26,673 bases of DNA, taken from contig JBGQHJ010000059.1 in NCBI GenBank assembly GCA_041497895.1, positions 1-26,673 of the forward strand, in the 5' to 3' direction. Below, in pieces: positions 1 through 7,652 of the stretch (its first letter is position 1; every line of letters begins with the position of its first letter). The notes beneath the pieces were generated by a model. It worked only from the letters and a program-made list of their open reading frames with translations, ran no database searches and was not told the origin of the DNA. This stretch comes from Candidatus Methylomirabilia bacterium (GTDB lineage: Bacteria > Methylomirabilota > Methylomirabilia > Rokubacteriales > CSP1-6). Made by a program: the position numbers and the translations under genes.

Positions 1-1
1 C

Positions 2-19
2 GAGGCGGTCATCAAGTAG
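2..19 (+). CDS. 3' end of an upstream gene (partial, ...EAVIK*)
   Basis: GAG GCG GTC ATC AAG TAG has GC3-typical codons and is followed by a strong hairpin; too short to identify. Confidence 0.45.
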   Translation, partial: EAVIK

Positions 20-30
20 GCGCGGTGCTC

Positions 31-65
31 GGCCGGCCGGGAGCCATCCGGCGCCCCGGCCGGCC
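31..65 (+). terminator. GC-rich stem-loop, probable terminator or mRNA-stabilising hairpin
   Basis: GGCCGGCCGGG (31-41) is complementary to CCCGGCCGGCC (55-65), just after the stop at 17-19; no U-tract. Confidence 0.5.
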
Positions 66-85
66 CGCCGCCTCCGAAAAGGGGA

Positions 86-114
86 TTGACAAGGTCCCAT
101 CCTGCGGCTAGAAG
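86..114 (+). promoter_or_regulatory. Putative sigma70-type promoter of the TonB receptor operon
   Basis: Perfect TTGACA (86-91), 17-bp spacer, imperfect -10 TAGAAG (109-114). Confidence 0.45.
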
Positions 115-212
115 TGGGCAACCTGCCGACCCAGCCTCTACGTCCTCTCCCTGGATTAGTGCGTGTCCAGCCTCACCGCTGGTGCCGTCAAGGGTTAGAG
201 CGGCCCCGCCCC

Positions 213-2375
213 GTGGCGGCGACTCGTCCGGGCCGGACCCTCTCCAGGCTGGCCTCGCTCCTCGCGCTGCTGACGATCGCGACGGTGTTGGGGCCCGCTC
301 CGGCGCGCGCGGCCGAGCCGGGAGAAACCCCCGTGACGCTGCCTTCCGTGCTCGTGACCGCGCCGGTCCCCCTCTCCGAGGGGCTCCCGCGCGAGTGGGT
401 TCCGGGCGCGGTGGATACCGTGAGCGGCGAGGAAATGCGGGCCACCCGACCGTCGGTCCTCCCGGATGCCCTCGAGCGCCATCCGGGCGTCACGCTCCAG
501 AACGAGCAGGGCAACCCGTTCCAGCCGGATCTGACCATCCGCGGCTTCACGGCCTCTCCGGTGAGCGGCCTCCCCCAGGGGGTGAGCGTCTTCCTCGACG
601 GGGTACGCCTGAACGAGCCTACCGTTGAGGAGGTCAACTTCGACCTGATCCCGCTGGAGGACGTGGCCAGCATCGAGGTGATCCGAGGCCCCTCGGTGCT
701 GTTCGGCCGGAACACCCTCGGCGGAGCCATCAACATCGTCACCCGCCGCGGAGAGCCGACGCGGGAGATCGTGCCCGAGCTGGAGCTCGGCAGCTTCGGG
801 CGGCAGCGCTATCGGGTCCAGGCCGGCGGGGAGGCCCGCCCCTTCGACTACCGGGTCTCGCTCACCCGTGTGCAGGAAGACGGCTACCGGGACTTCACCG
901 CCTCGCGGCTGTCGCGGGGGTTCGCCAAGGTGGGCGCCCGGGTCGGTGACCTCGATGCCGCGGTGTCGTACCAGTACAGCAACGACCGGATCGAGCAGGC
1001 CGGCTCTCTGCCGCCGCGAGAGCTCGGCCGCGATCGCCGCACCAACTTCAGCGCGGGCGACTTCTACGCGCCGGAGCTGCACCAGGCCATCCTCAACGCG
1101 CGCTACCGGCCCGCGGACCACGTGACCCTCGACGGCAACACCTTCGTCCGCGACCTGTCGGTCGAGCAGTTCAACGTCAACGCGGCCGCCGAGAATAGCC
1201 GGCTGCTCAACCACATCCGCTCGGTGGGTGGACGCATGCAGGCGAGCTACGACCGGCCTCTGTTCGGCCTCGACAATGTCCTCGTCGCGGGTGTCGAGTA
1301 CACCCGGCACGACGTCACCAGCCGAACCATCCAGGAGGACCAGGAATCGCGCTCGCTCGAGGCGAGCCTCGCGGACACCCAGGACGCGGCCGGCGTCTAT
1401 CTTCAGAACAGCCTGTCGGTGGCGCGGGGCTTTGCGGGCGCTCGGTCGAGCGTGGTGGTGACGGTGGCCGGTCGATGGGATCTGCTGCGGCACCGGATCG
1501 ACGATCGGCTCGGAGGGCCGAGTGGCGGGACTCATACCTTCGAGCGGATCAATCCGCGTGCGGGAGTCAACGTCAACCTGAGCGAGCGGGTCGGCGCCTT
1601 CGCGAGCTACGGGGAGGGCTTTCGCGCGCCCGCCTTCCTGGAGCTGACCTGCGCCGGCCCGGGCGCGGTCTGTCCCGGCCTGCAGGTCGGGGTCGCTCCG
1701 GATCCGCCGCTCCGGGCGGTCAAGGCCCGGACCTACGAGGTCGGCGTGTATGCGCGGCCGGTGACGTGGCTGGACCTCAGCGCCACCGCCTACCGGAGCG
1801 ACGTGGAGGACGACATCTTCTCGGTCGCTCCCACCGGGACCACCGGTGTGTTCTTCCAGAATATCGGGAGCACGCGGCGCCAGGGGGTCGAGGCGAGCGG
1901 GCGGGCTCGGGTGGGCCGCGGGCTGGACTTCTATCTCAACTACGCCTATACCGAGGCCACCTTCGGGGACCGGACCGACCTGGCCACTCCGATCCCTCCC
2001 GGCAACGAGACCGTGACGCCCGGTCGGTCGTTCGCCCTCGTGCCGCGGCATCGCGTCAACGCCGGAGTGACCTACCGCCCCTGGCCCTGGCTCGGGCTGT
2101 CGCTCGACGCGCGCTACGTGTCCTCCCAGTTCCTGCGCGGCGACGAGCTGAACCGTCAGGCGCCACTGCCCGCATTCTGGGTGTTGGACGCCGGGATGAC
2201 GATCAAGCATCGCGGCCTCGAGGCCTACCTCAAGATCAACAACGTGCTCGACAACCGGTACGAGAGCTTCGGGACCTTCGCGCCCAATTCCCATCAGCCG
2301 GGGGCCCCGGTGGAGCGCTTCCTTACCCCGGCTCCGCCCATCTCGATGCTGGCGGGAGTGCGCTATGTCTTCTAG
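213..2375 (+). CDS. TonB-dependent outer-membrane receptor
   Basis: Signal peptide ending PARA, TonB-box-like 'PSVLVTA', plug motifs 'DLTIRGF', 'VFLDGVRLN' and 'IEVIRGPSVLFGRNTLGGAINIVTR', C-terminal 'NNVLDNRY...GVRYVF'. The ORF is open from GTG 114, but GTG 213 gives a normal-length signal peptide and lies downstream of the promoter; start uncertain. Confidence 0.93.
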   Translation: MAATRPGRTLSRLASLLALLTIATVLGPAPARAAEPGETPVTLPSVLVTAPVPLSEGLPREWVPGAVDTVSGEEMRATRPSVLPDALERHPGVTLQNEQGNPFQPDLTIRGFTASPVSGLPQGVSVFLDGVRLNEPTVEEVNFDLIPLEDVASIEVIRGPSVLFGRNTLGGAINIVTRRGEPTREIVPELELGSFGRQRYRVQAGGEARPFDYRVSLTRVQEDGYRDFTASRLSRGFAKVGARVGDLDAAVSYQYSNDRIEQAGSLPPRELGRDRRTNFSAGDFYAPELHQAILNARYRPADHVTLDGNTFVRDLSVEQFNVNAAAENSRLLNHIRSVGGRMQASYDRPLFGLDNVLVAGVEYTRHDVTSRTIQEDQESRSLEASLADTQDAAGVYLQNSLSVARGFAGARSSVVVTVAGRWDLLRHRIDDRLGGPSGGTHTFERINPRAGVNVNLSERVGAFASYGEGFRAPAFLELTCAGPGAVCPGLQVGVAPDPPLRAVKARTYEVGVYARPVTWLDLSATAYRSDVEDDIFSVAPTGTTGVFFQNIGSTRRQGVEASGRARVGRGLDFYLNYAYTEATFGDRTDLATPIPPGNETVTPGRSFALVPRHRVNAGVTYRPWPWLGLSLDARYVSSQFLRGDELNRQAPLPAFWVLDAGMTIKHRGLEAYLKINNVLDNRYESFGTFAPNSHQPGAPVERFLTPAPPISMLAGVRYVF

Positions 2376-3267
2376 GGTCGGCGCCGGCGCCCGCCGCCGC
2401 CGCGAGGTCGGGCTCGCCTACCTCCTGCTCGCCCCGACCGTCCTGCTCCTCGCCGCAGTGCTTGGCTACCCGCTCGGGTGGGAGGTCTGGACGAGCTTCA
2501 CCAATCTGTCGCCGCTCCAGGACGGCGGCTCCGCCTTCGTCGGGCTACAGAATTACCGCGGCCAGATCGAGGATCCGCAGTTCTGGCTCGCGGCGACGGT
2601 CACCGTCGTCCACGCCGCGGTCACCACCATGGCCAAGCTCGCCCTGGGGCTCGGGTTCGCCCTCCTGCTCGCCCGTCCGTTCCGGGGCCGCACGCTCGTC
2701 TTCCTCGCCGTCTTCCTGCCGTGGGCCTACCCGGCCAGCGTGAGCGTGATCGGCTGGTACTGGACCTTGAGCCCCCCGATCACCACCTCCTACAGCGTGT
2801 TCATGGGGACGCTGAAATACGCGGTGGACAACGCGCTCGGTACCGGCGCCTGGGTCTTTCTCAGCGTGACCTTGTTCAACATCTGGCGGGGCAGCTCCTT
2901 CATCGGGGTGCTGCTCCTGGCCGGCATCAACGCGGTCCCCCCGGAGCTGTTCGAGTACGCGACGCTCGAATCTAAGAGCGCGTGGCAACGCTTCTGGATG
3001 GTGACGGTGCCCGTGCTCCGGCCGTTCCTCGCGCTGGGTGTCTTCCTGTCGCTCACCAGCGGCTTCGCCGATCTCGCCAATGTCTGGATGCTGACCAACG
3101 GGCGGATCGTGTTCCCGGTCATCGGGACCCACGCCTACTGGCTCGCCATCGAGGGAGGAGAGTTCGGCCCCGCCTCGGCCCTGTCTCTGATGCTGGTGCC
3201 CTTCCTCCTCGCCGCGCTGCTGTTGCTCTTCCGACTGTTCGATCCACCGGATCGGGAGCCCGCGTGA
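2365..3267 (+). CDS. Carbohydrate (CUT1) ABC transporter permease, MalF/UgpA-like, divergent
   Basis: Multiple TM helices, 'LAYLLLAP', 'FVGLQNY', 'LLLARPFRGR'; degenerate EAA loop 'ELFEYATLESKSAWQRFWMVTVP'; overlaps the receptor's 3' end by 11 nt. Confidence 0.88.
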   Translation: MSSRVGAGARRRREVGLAYLLLAPTVLLLAAVLGYPLGWEVWTSFTNLSPLQDGGSAFVGLQNYRGQIEDPQFWLAATVTVVHAAVTTMAKLALGLGFALLLARPFRGRTLVFLAVFLPWAYPASVSVIGWYWTLSPPITTSYSVFMGTLKYAVDNALGTGAWVFLSVTLFNIWRGSSFIGVLLLAGINAVPPELFEYATLESKSAWQRFWMVTVPVLRPFLALGVFLSLTSGFADLANVWMLTNGRIVFPVIGTHAYWLAIEGGEFGPASALSLMLVPFLLAALLLLFRLFDPPDREPA

Positions 3268-4136
3268 GCCCGCGGGGCTGGAGAGGGAGGCTCGGGCGCC
3301 AGGGGCTAGTGCTGCTGGTGATCGTGTACTGCCTCTTCCCGATCTACTTCGTGCTCGTGCAGTCGTTGAAGACCGCGGAGGAGGACGTGTTCGGCAACCC
3401 GCTCATCGTCCTGCATCCTACTCTGGAGAACTTCGAGGAGCTGTTCGTCTCGAAGGGGGAGCCGCGAGGGTTCGTCGGGACCGTGCTGCACCGATCCTAC
3501 CCGTTCTTCGTGTGGCTGGAGAACACCATCGTCGTCTTCACCGGAACGGTCGTCCTCACCCTGGGAACCGCCGTCGCCGCCGCCTACGCCCTCGGGCGCC
3601 TCCGCCCTCCCGGCTTCCGGTGGTGGCGGAGGGTGATCTTCGCGAGCTACGTCATCCCGCAGACCATCCTGTTCGTCCCCCTCTATCACGTGGTCCACGC
3701 CCTGGGGCTCGACGACAACCTGCTCGTCCTCGTGCTGGTCTATCCCACCACCGCGCTGCCGTTCTGCGTGTGGATGCTCTCGGCGTACTTCCAGCACCTC
3801 CCCCGCGAGATCGAGGAGGCGGCGCTCATCGAGGGCGCAAGCCGGGTCACCGCCTTCTTCCGCGTCGTGCTTCCCCTGAGCCGCCCGGTCCTCGTCGCCG
3901 CCGGCATCTTCACGCTCGGCACGATCGCGAGCGACTTCACGATCGCCTCGGTCTTCCTCCTGAGCGACATCAACCAGACCATCCCGGCCGGGCTCGGCAC
4001 CATGGAGGTCGCGCTCGACGAGCTGCTGGCGGTAGCGGGGATCAACCTGATGGCGATCCCGATCGTGTTGATCTCGGCCTGCTTCGCCCGCGGCTACGTC
4101 CGCGGGCTCACCGCCGCGATGCTGGAGGGAGCCTGA
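3264..4136 (+). CDS. Carbohydrate (CUT1) ABC transporter permease, MalG/UgpE-like
   Basis: GTGA start/stop overlap at 3264-3267; 'AAYALGRL', 'LPFCVWMLSAYFQHLPREIEEAALIEGASRVTAFFRVVLPL' (intact EAA motif). Confidence 0.9.
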   Translation: MSPRGWRGRLGRQGLVLLVIVYCLFPIYFVLVQSLKTAEEDVFGNPLIVLHPTLENFEELFVSKGEPRGFVGTVLHRSYPFFVWLENTIVVFTGTVVLTLGTAVAAAYALGRLRPPGFRWWRRVIFASYVIPQTILFVPLYHVVHALGLDDNLLVLVLVYPTTALPFCVWMLSAYFQHLPREIEEAALIEGASRVTAFFRVVLPLSRPVLVAAGIFTLGTIASDFTIASVFLLSDINQTIPAGLGTMEVALDELLAVAGINLMAIPIVLISACFARGYVRGLTAAMLEGA

Positions 4137-5163
4137 TCAGGGGACGGATCCGGATGACGCGATGAAGGGCATTCTCGGCGACATAGAGAAAGCCGTCGTC
4201 GTCCACCGCGATCCCCTCGGGGTCGCCGAGGTCCCGGGCGACGACGGTCACCACGCCCTCCGGGGAGACACGGAAGATCTGCCGGATCTGAAAGCCGCTG
4301 CTGACGAAGACGCCCCCGTCCGGCCCCACCGCCATGTGGGTGCGATGGTAGAACCCCGCGGGCAGCCGAGCCAGGGGCCGGAGCACCGCGTCGCTCGCGA
4401 GCACGAAGAGCTGCCCCACGGAGTCAAGCAGAACGATGTCACCCGTCGAGGTCGTCGCGGCCGAGATGAACCGGTAGAGCGGCTCGATCCCGACCGGTTG
4501 GACCGGGCCCCGTGGCAGGATCGGCGTGATCAGATCGAGGCGTCTCGGCAAAGGGACGTCGTCGTGCGGGTCGAGCCGGAGCACGACAGGGCCGTGATAG
4601 GCGTTGTCGCCTAGCCCTTCGAAGTTGGCCGGCGGGGGATTCTCCGAGCGCCGCTGCTCCTCGGGACTCGCGTAGTCCAGCACAATCAAGCGGCCGCTTC
4701 GATCGAAGGCGAGGGTGGAGCCGCCGAGGAGGGTGTTCAGGCCGACGCCGAACAGGGCCAACCTTCCCCCGGCGCTCAGCCGGTAGACACGATTGCCGTT
4801 CTCCTCACCCATGAAAACGTCACCGGAACGGGGGTCCAGGGCGAGGCTGCCGAAGGCCACCTTGCGCGGCCCCCGGGAAAAGGGGATGACCATGCGAGGG
4901 GCCGCCGAGGCGTCCACCGGGAGCGCGGAGAGCTCGAACCGATACAGCTCCGCGGCGGCGTCGCCTCGCCAGCCAGGACTCAGGACGACAAGGTGCCCGG
5001 AAGGGTCCACCACGAGCTGCACGGGTCGTGGGACCCCGACGACCACGACCTCGGCGCGAGGATCGGGAGTCACCTCGACGTCGGCGGCCGCGGCCGCGAG
5101 GAGGGCGCACATTGCCCCGAGCCAGGCCAGCCCCAGAGCGAGACGGCACGTCAACCTTGACAT
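4108..5163 (-). CDS. Secreted beta-propeller protein (NHL / SMP-30-gluconolactonase-like repeats)
   Basis: Signal peptide from ATG 5163 (GGGAG upstream); repeated blades 'LVVDPSGHLVV', 'LALDPRSGDVFM', 'LAFDRSGRLIV', 'MAVGPDGGVFVS', 'PEGIAVDDDGFLYVAE'. Confidence 0.75.
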   Translation of the reverse strand: MSRLTCRLALGLAWLGAMCALLAAAAADVEVTPDPRAEVVVVGVPRPVQLVVDPSGHLVVLSPGWRGDAAAELYRFELSALPVDASAAPRMVIPFSRGPRKVAFGSLALDPRSGDVFMGEENGNRVYRLSAGGRLALFGVGLNTLLGGSTLAFDRSGRLIVLDYASPEEQRRSENPPPANFEGLGDNAYHGPVVLRLDPHDDVPLPRRLDLITPILPRGPVQPVGIEPLYRFISAATTSTGDIVLLDSVGQLFVLASDAVLRPLARLPAGFYHRTHMAVGPDGGVFVSSGFQIRQIFRVSPEGVVTVVARDLGDPEGIAVDDDGFLYVAENALHRVIRIRPLIRLPPASRR

Positions 5164-5292
5164 GCGCAAGCTCCCGATGCTAGTGTCCGCCCGTCCACGC
5201 TGCGGGCCGGGTGGCGGCCGCGGGGCGATGACTCTGGAGCGCACTCCCGATCCAAACGTTACGTCCAACTTCACTGTGCGGGAGGTGCATCG

Positions 5293-5745
5293 ATGATCTC
5301 AAGACCCTCCGTCCTGGCCATGTTGGCCGTCCTCCTGGTGGGATGCGCGACCGGTGTCGCGTCTGCCCAGAGCGACAAGGCTCCGAAGGGCGTCAAGACC
5401 AAGGGGCTCGTCACCTCCCTGGGGGGCTTCCAGGACACCGTCAGCGCGCCGATCCTCGTGACCGGCGCCACCGTGGAGCTCGAGCCGGGAGGCCAAACCG
5501 GCCGCGAGCAGTTCCGCGTGCCCACCTATGTCTACGTGCTGGAGGGAATCCTCACGACGGACTACGAGGATGGCCCCGTCGGCATCAAGGGCGCTCAGTA
5601 CCACGCGGCCGGCCAGTCCTTCATGGACCGCGGCGGGTGGTGGCACAATCACACGAACAAGACGGACAAGCCGGTGAAGTACCTGATCCTCCACCTCGGC
5701 TACCCCGGTCAGCCCAACCCGGTCCAGAAGGCCGAGCCCCAGTAG
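5293..5745 (+). CDS. Secreted cupin-domain protein
   Basis: GGAGG RBS; signal peptide with lipobox-like LVGC; cupin motifs 'VELEPGGQTG..F.VP.YVYVLEG.L' and 'AGQSFMDRGGWWHNHTN'. Confidence 0.82.
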   Translation: MISRPSVLAMLAVLLVGCATGVASAQSDKAPKGVKTKGLVTSLGGFQDTVSAPILVTGATVELEPGGQTGREQFRVPTYVYVLEGILTTDYEDGPVGIKGAQYHAAGQSFMDRGGWWHNHTNKTDKPVKYLILHLGYPGQPNPVQKAEPQ

Positions 5746-5763
5746 CTCCACCGTCATCGTTCG

Positions 5764-5802
5764 GCCCGCCGCGGCCGGTCGGATCGGCTGGCCGCGGCGG
5801 GC
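5764..5802. terminator. Bidirectional stem-loop between convergent genes
   Basis: 18-bp stem GCCCGCCGCGGCCGGTCG / CGGCTGGCCGCGGCGGGC (two G-U pairs on the + strand) with a 3-nt loop, between the stops at 5745 and 5804. Confidence 0.75.
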
Positions 5803-5803
5803 T

Positions 5804-6676
5804 CTACTTGCCGACGCCGCCGGTGATCCCCTGGATGAAGCGATCCAGGAAAAAGTTGTAGAGGACTGCCACCGGCAGCCCCACCATCAGCGCGGCCCCC
5901 ATCAGCGACCCCCAGTAGTACACGTCACCCCGGATCAACTCCGTGGGCACGCCCACCGGGACCGGCTTCTGGTCTCCCGGCGCCACGAAAGCGAGGCCGT
6001 AGAGGAAGTCCTGCATGGAGAGCGTGAAGGCGAAGATCACCGCGGTGAGGACGCCCGGCAGGCTCACCGGCAGCACCACGCGGAGAAAGGCGCCGAGGAA
6101 GCCACAGCCGTCCACGCGCGCCGCCTCCTCCATCTCCATCGGCACCGTCTTGAAGAAACCCATCATGAGCCAGGTGCAGAACGGGATGGTGAAGGTCGGA
6201 TACACCACCACCAGCGCCCACCATGAGTCCTGGAGGCCGAGCAAGGCCACCACCCGGGACAGTGGCAGGAAGAGAATGATGGGCGGGACCAGATAGCTCA
6301 TGAAGATCCCGATCCCGGTGTTCTCGGCACCGGGGAGCCGGAGCCGCGCCAGCGCGTACCCGGCCGGGACCGCGGTCAGCAGGGTGATCAGCGCCACCCA
6401 CACCGAGATCGTCATGGTGTTGACGATCCACGACCCGTAGTTGGTCTGGTAGAACAGGGTCTTGAAGTGCTGGAGGGTCGGGGGAAGGTTGAACCAGAAC
6501 GGGATGTTGTCCATCCGGTAGAGGTCGGGGTCCTGCTTGAACGCGGTGATCGCCATCCAGTAGATGGGAAACACCGCGATCAGGACGAACGGCGTGATCC
6601 CCGCGTAGATGAGCAGGTACCGCCGCGTCTCCTTCTGCCGGGCGGTCCGGGGCTTGGCGAGGACCCTAGTACTCAC
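5804..6676 (-). CDS. Carbohydrate ABC transporter permease (MalG-like)
   Basis: 'AGYALARL', EAA motif 'EMEEAARVDGC', C-terminal 'FIQGITGGVGK'. Confidence 0.93.
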   Translation of the reverse strand: MSTRVLAKPRTARQKETRRYLLIYAGITPFVLIAVFPIYWMAITAFKQDPDLYRMDNIPFWFNLPPTLQHFKTLFYQTNYGSWIVNTMTISVWVALITLLTAVPAGYALARLRLPGAENTGIGIFMSYLVPPIILFLPLSRVVALLGLQDSWWALVVVYPTFTIPFCTWLMMGFFKTVPMEMEEAARVDGCGFLGAFLRVVLPVSLPGVLTAVIFAFTLSMQDFLYGLAFVAPGDQKPVPVGVPTELIRGDVYYWGSLMGAALMVGLPVAVLYNFFLDRFIQGITGGVGK

Positions 6677-7652
6677 GGCGCTTCAGGTTCCTCAGGAAGA
6701 TGAACATGGCCGGGGCCAGGAGCGGGACGAGGAAGAGGGCAATGGCGGCGCCGCGACCGAGGTTCCCCGCCTGGATCCCGATCTGGTAGGCGAGCACCGG
6801 CAAGATCTGTGTCGCGTTGCCCGGCCCGCCCTGGGTGAGGATGTACACCACGGAGAGATCGGACAGGGTGAAGACGGTGTCGAAGAGGAACCCGACCATG
6901 AGAATCGGGAAGATCATCGGCACCACGACGTGGTGGAACCGCTGCATGAAGCTGCAGCCGTCCACCTTGGCGGCGTCCAGCACCTCGTTGGGCACCGAGG
7001 TGAACCCGGCGAGGAGAACGATCGCCGAGAACGGGAACGTGCGCCATACGTTCACCAGCACGCACGCGACTAGCGCGAGGCGGGGATCACCCAGCCACAC
7101 CGGCCACCCGTCGGTCCCGTACGCTCCGATGAGCCCCAGGCGGCTGAGCACCCAGTTGAACACGCTGAACTGGGAGTCGTACATCCACTTCCAGCCGAGC
7201 ACGCTGATGGCCACCGGCAAGGTGAAGGGAATTACCACGAGCGCGCGCACGATCTTCTTGCCCCGGAAGTTCTGGAGCAACAGGAAGGCCAGGGTGGTGC
7301 CGAGGATGCTCTTGAGGATGGCCGCCGCCACGAAGAAGACCACGCTGTTCTGCAGCGCGATCCAGAACGTGTCCATCTCGAGCGCGGCCTTGAAGTTCTC
7401 CAGCCCGACGAAGCTGGCGACCTGTTCCCCCACGCTCGCGTCGCTGAGCGCGAGGTAGAGCGAGAAGAGGAAAGGCACCGCCACGAGTAGGGCCACGTAG
7501 AGCGCCGCCGGGGCGAGCAGAGCGTAGCCGAACCCGAGACGGCGGGCGGTCTGCGATCGGAACCGGCCACCCCACCGCGGGAGAACCGCCAGAGAAACAG
7601 CGACCCGGGCGCTCTTCGCGCCCGGGTCGCCGGTTTGCGAGCTAGGGGTCAT
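6666..7652 (-). CDS. Carbohydrate ABC transporter permease (MalF-like)
   Basis: ATG 7652 overlaps the binding-protein stop (ATGA); 'FVGLENF', 'NVWRTFPF', 'EVLDAAKVDGCSFMQRF', 'LTQGGPG'. Confidence 0.92.
   Translation of the reverse strand: MTPSSQTGDPGAKSARVAVSLAVLPRWGGRFRSQTARRLGFGYALLAPAALYVALLVAVPFLFSLYLALSDASVGEQVASFVGLENFKAALEMDTFWIALQNSVVFFVAAAILKSILGTTLAFLLLQNFRGKKIVRALVVIPFTLPVAISVLGWKWMYDSQFSVFNWVLSRLGLIGAYGTDGWPVWLGDPRLALVACVLVNVWRTFPFSAIVLLAGFTSVPNEVLDAAKVDGCSFMQRFHHVVVPMIFPILMVGFLFDTVFTLSDLSVVYILTQGGPGNATQILPVLAYQIGIQAGNLGRGAAIALFLVPLLAPAMFIFLRNLKRREY

Noticed and set aside
114..212. Longer receptor N-terminus from GTG 114
   Set aside because: It overlaps the putative -10 box and adds a non-signal-like extension; GTG 213 is preferred, though unproven.
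195..2294. 699-aa antisense ORF opposite the TonB receptor
   Set aside because: Shadow frame typical of GC3-biased genes; no motifs, fully opposite a well-supported gene.
2982..3263. N-terminal extension of the second permease in the ORF track
   Set aside because: It lies inside permease 1; the GTGA overlap at 3264 gives a normal-length protein.
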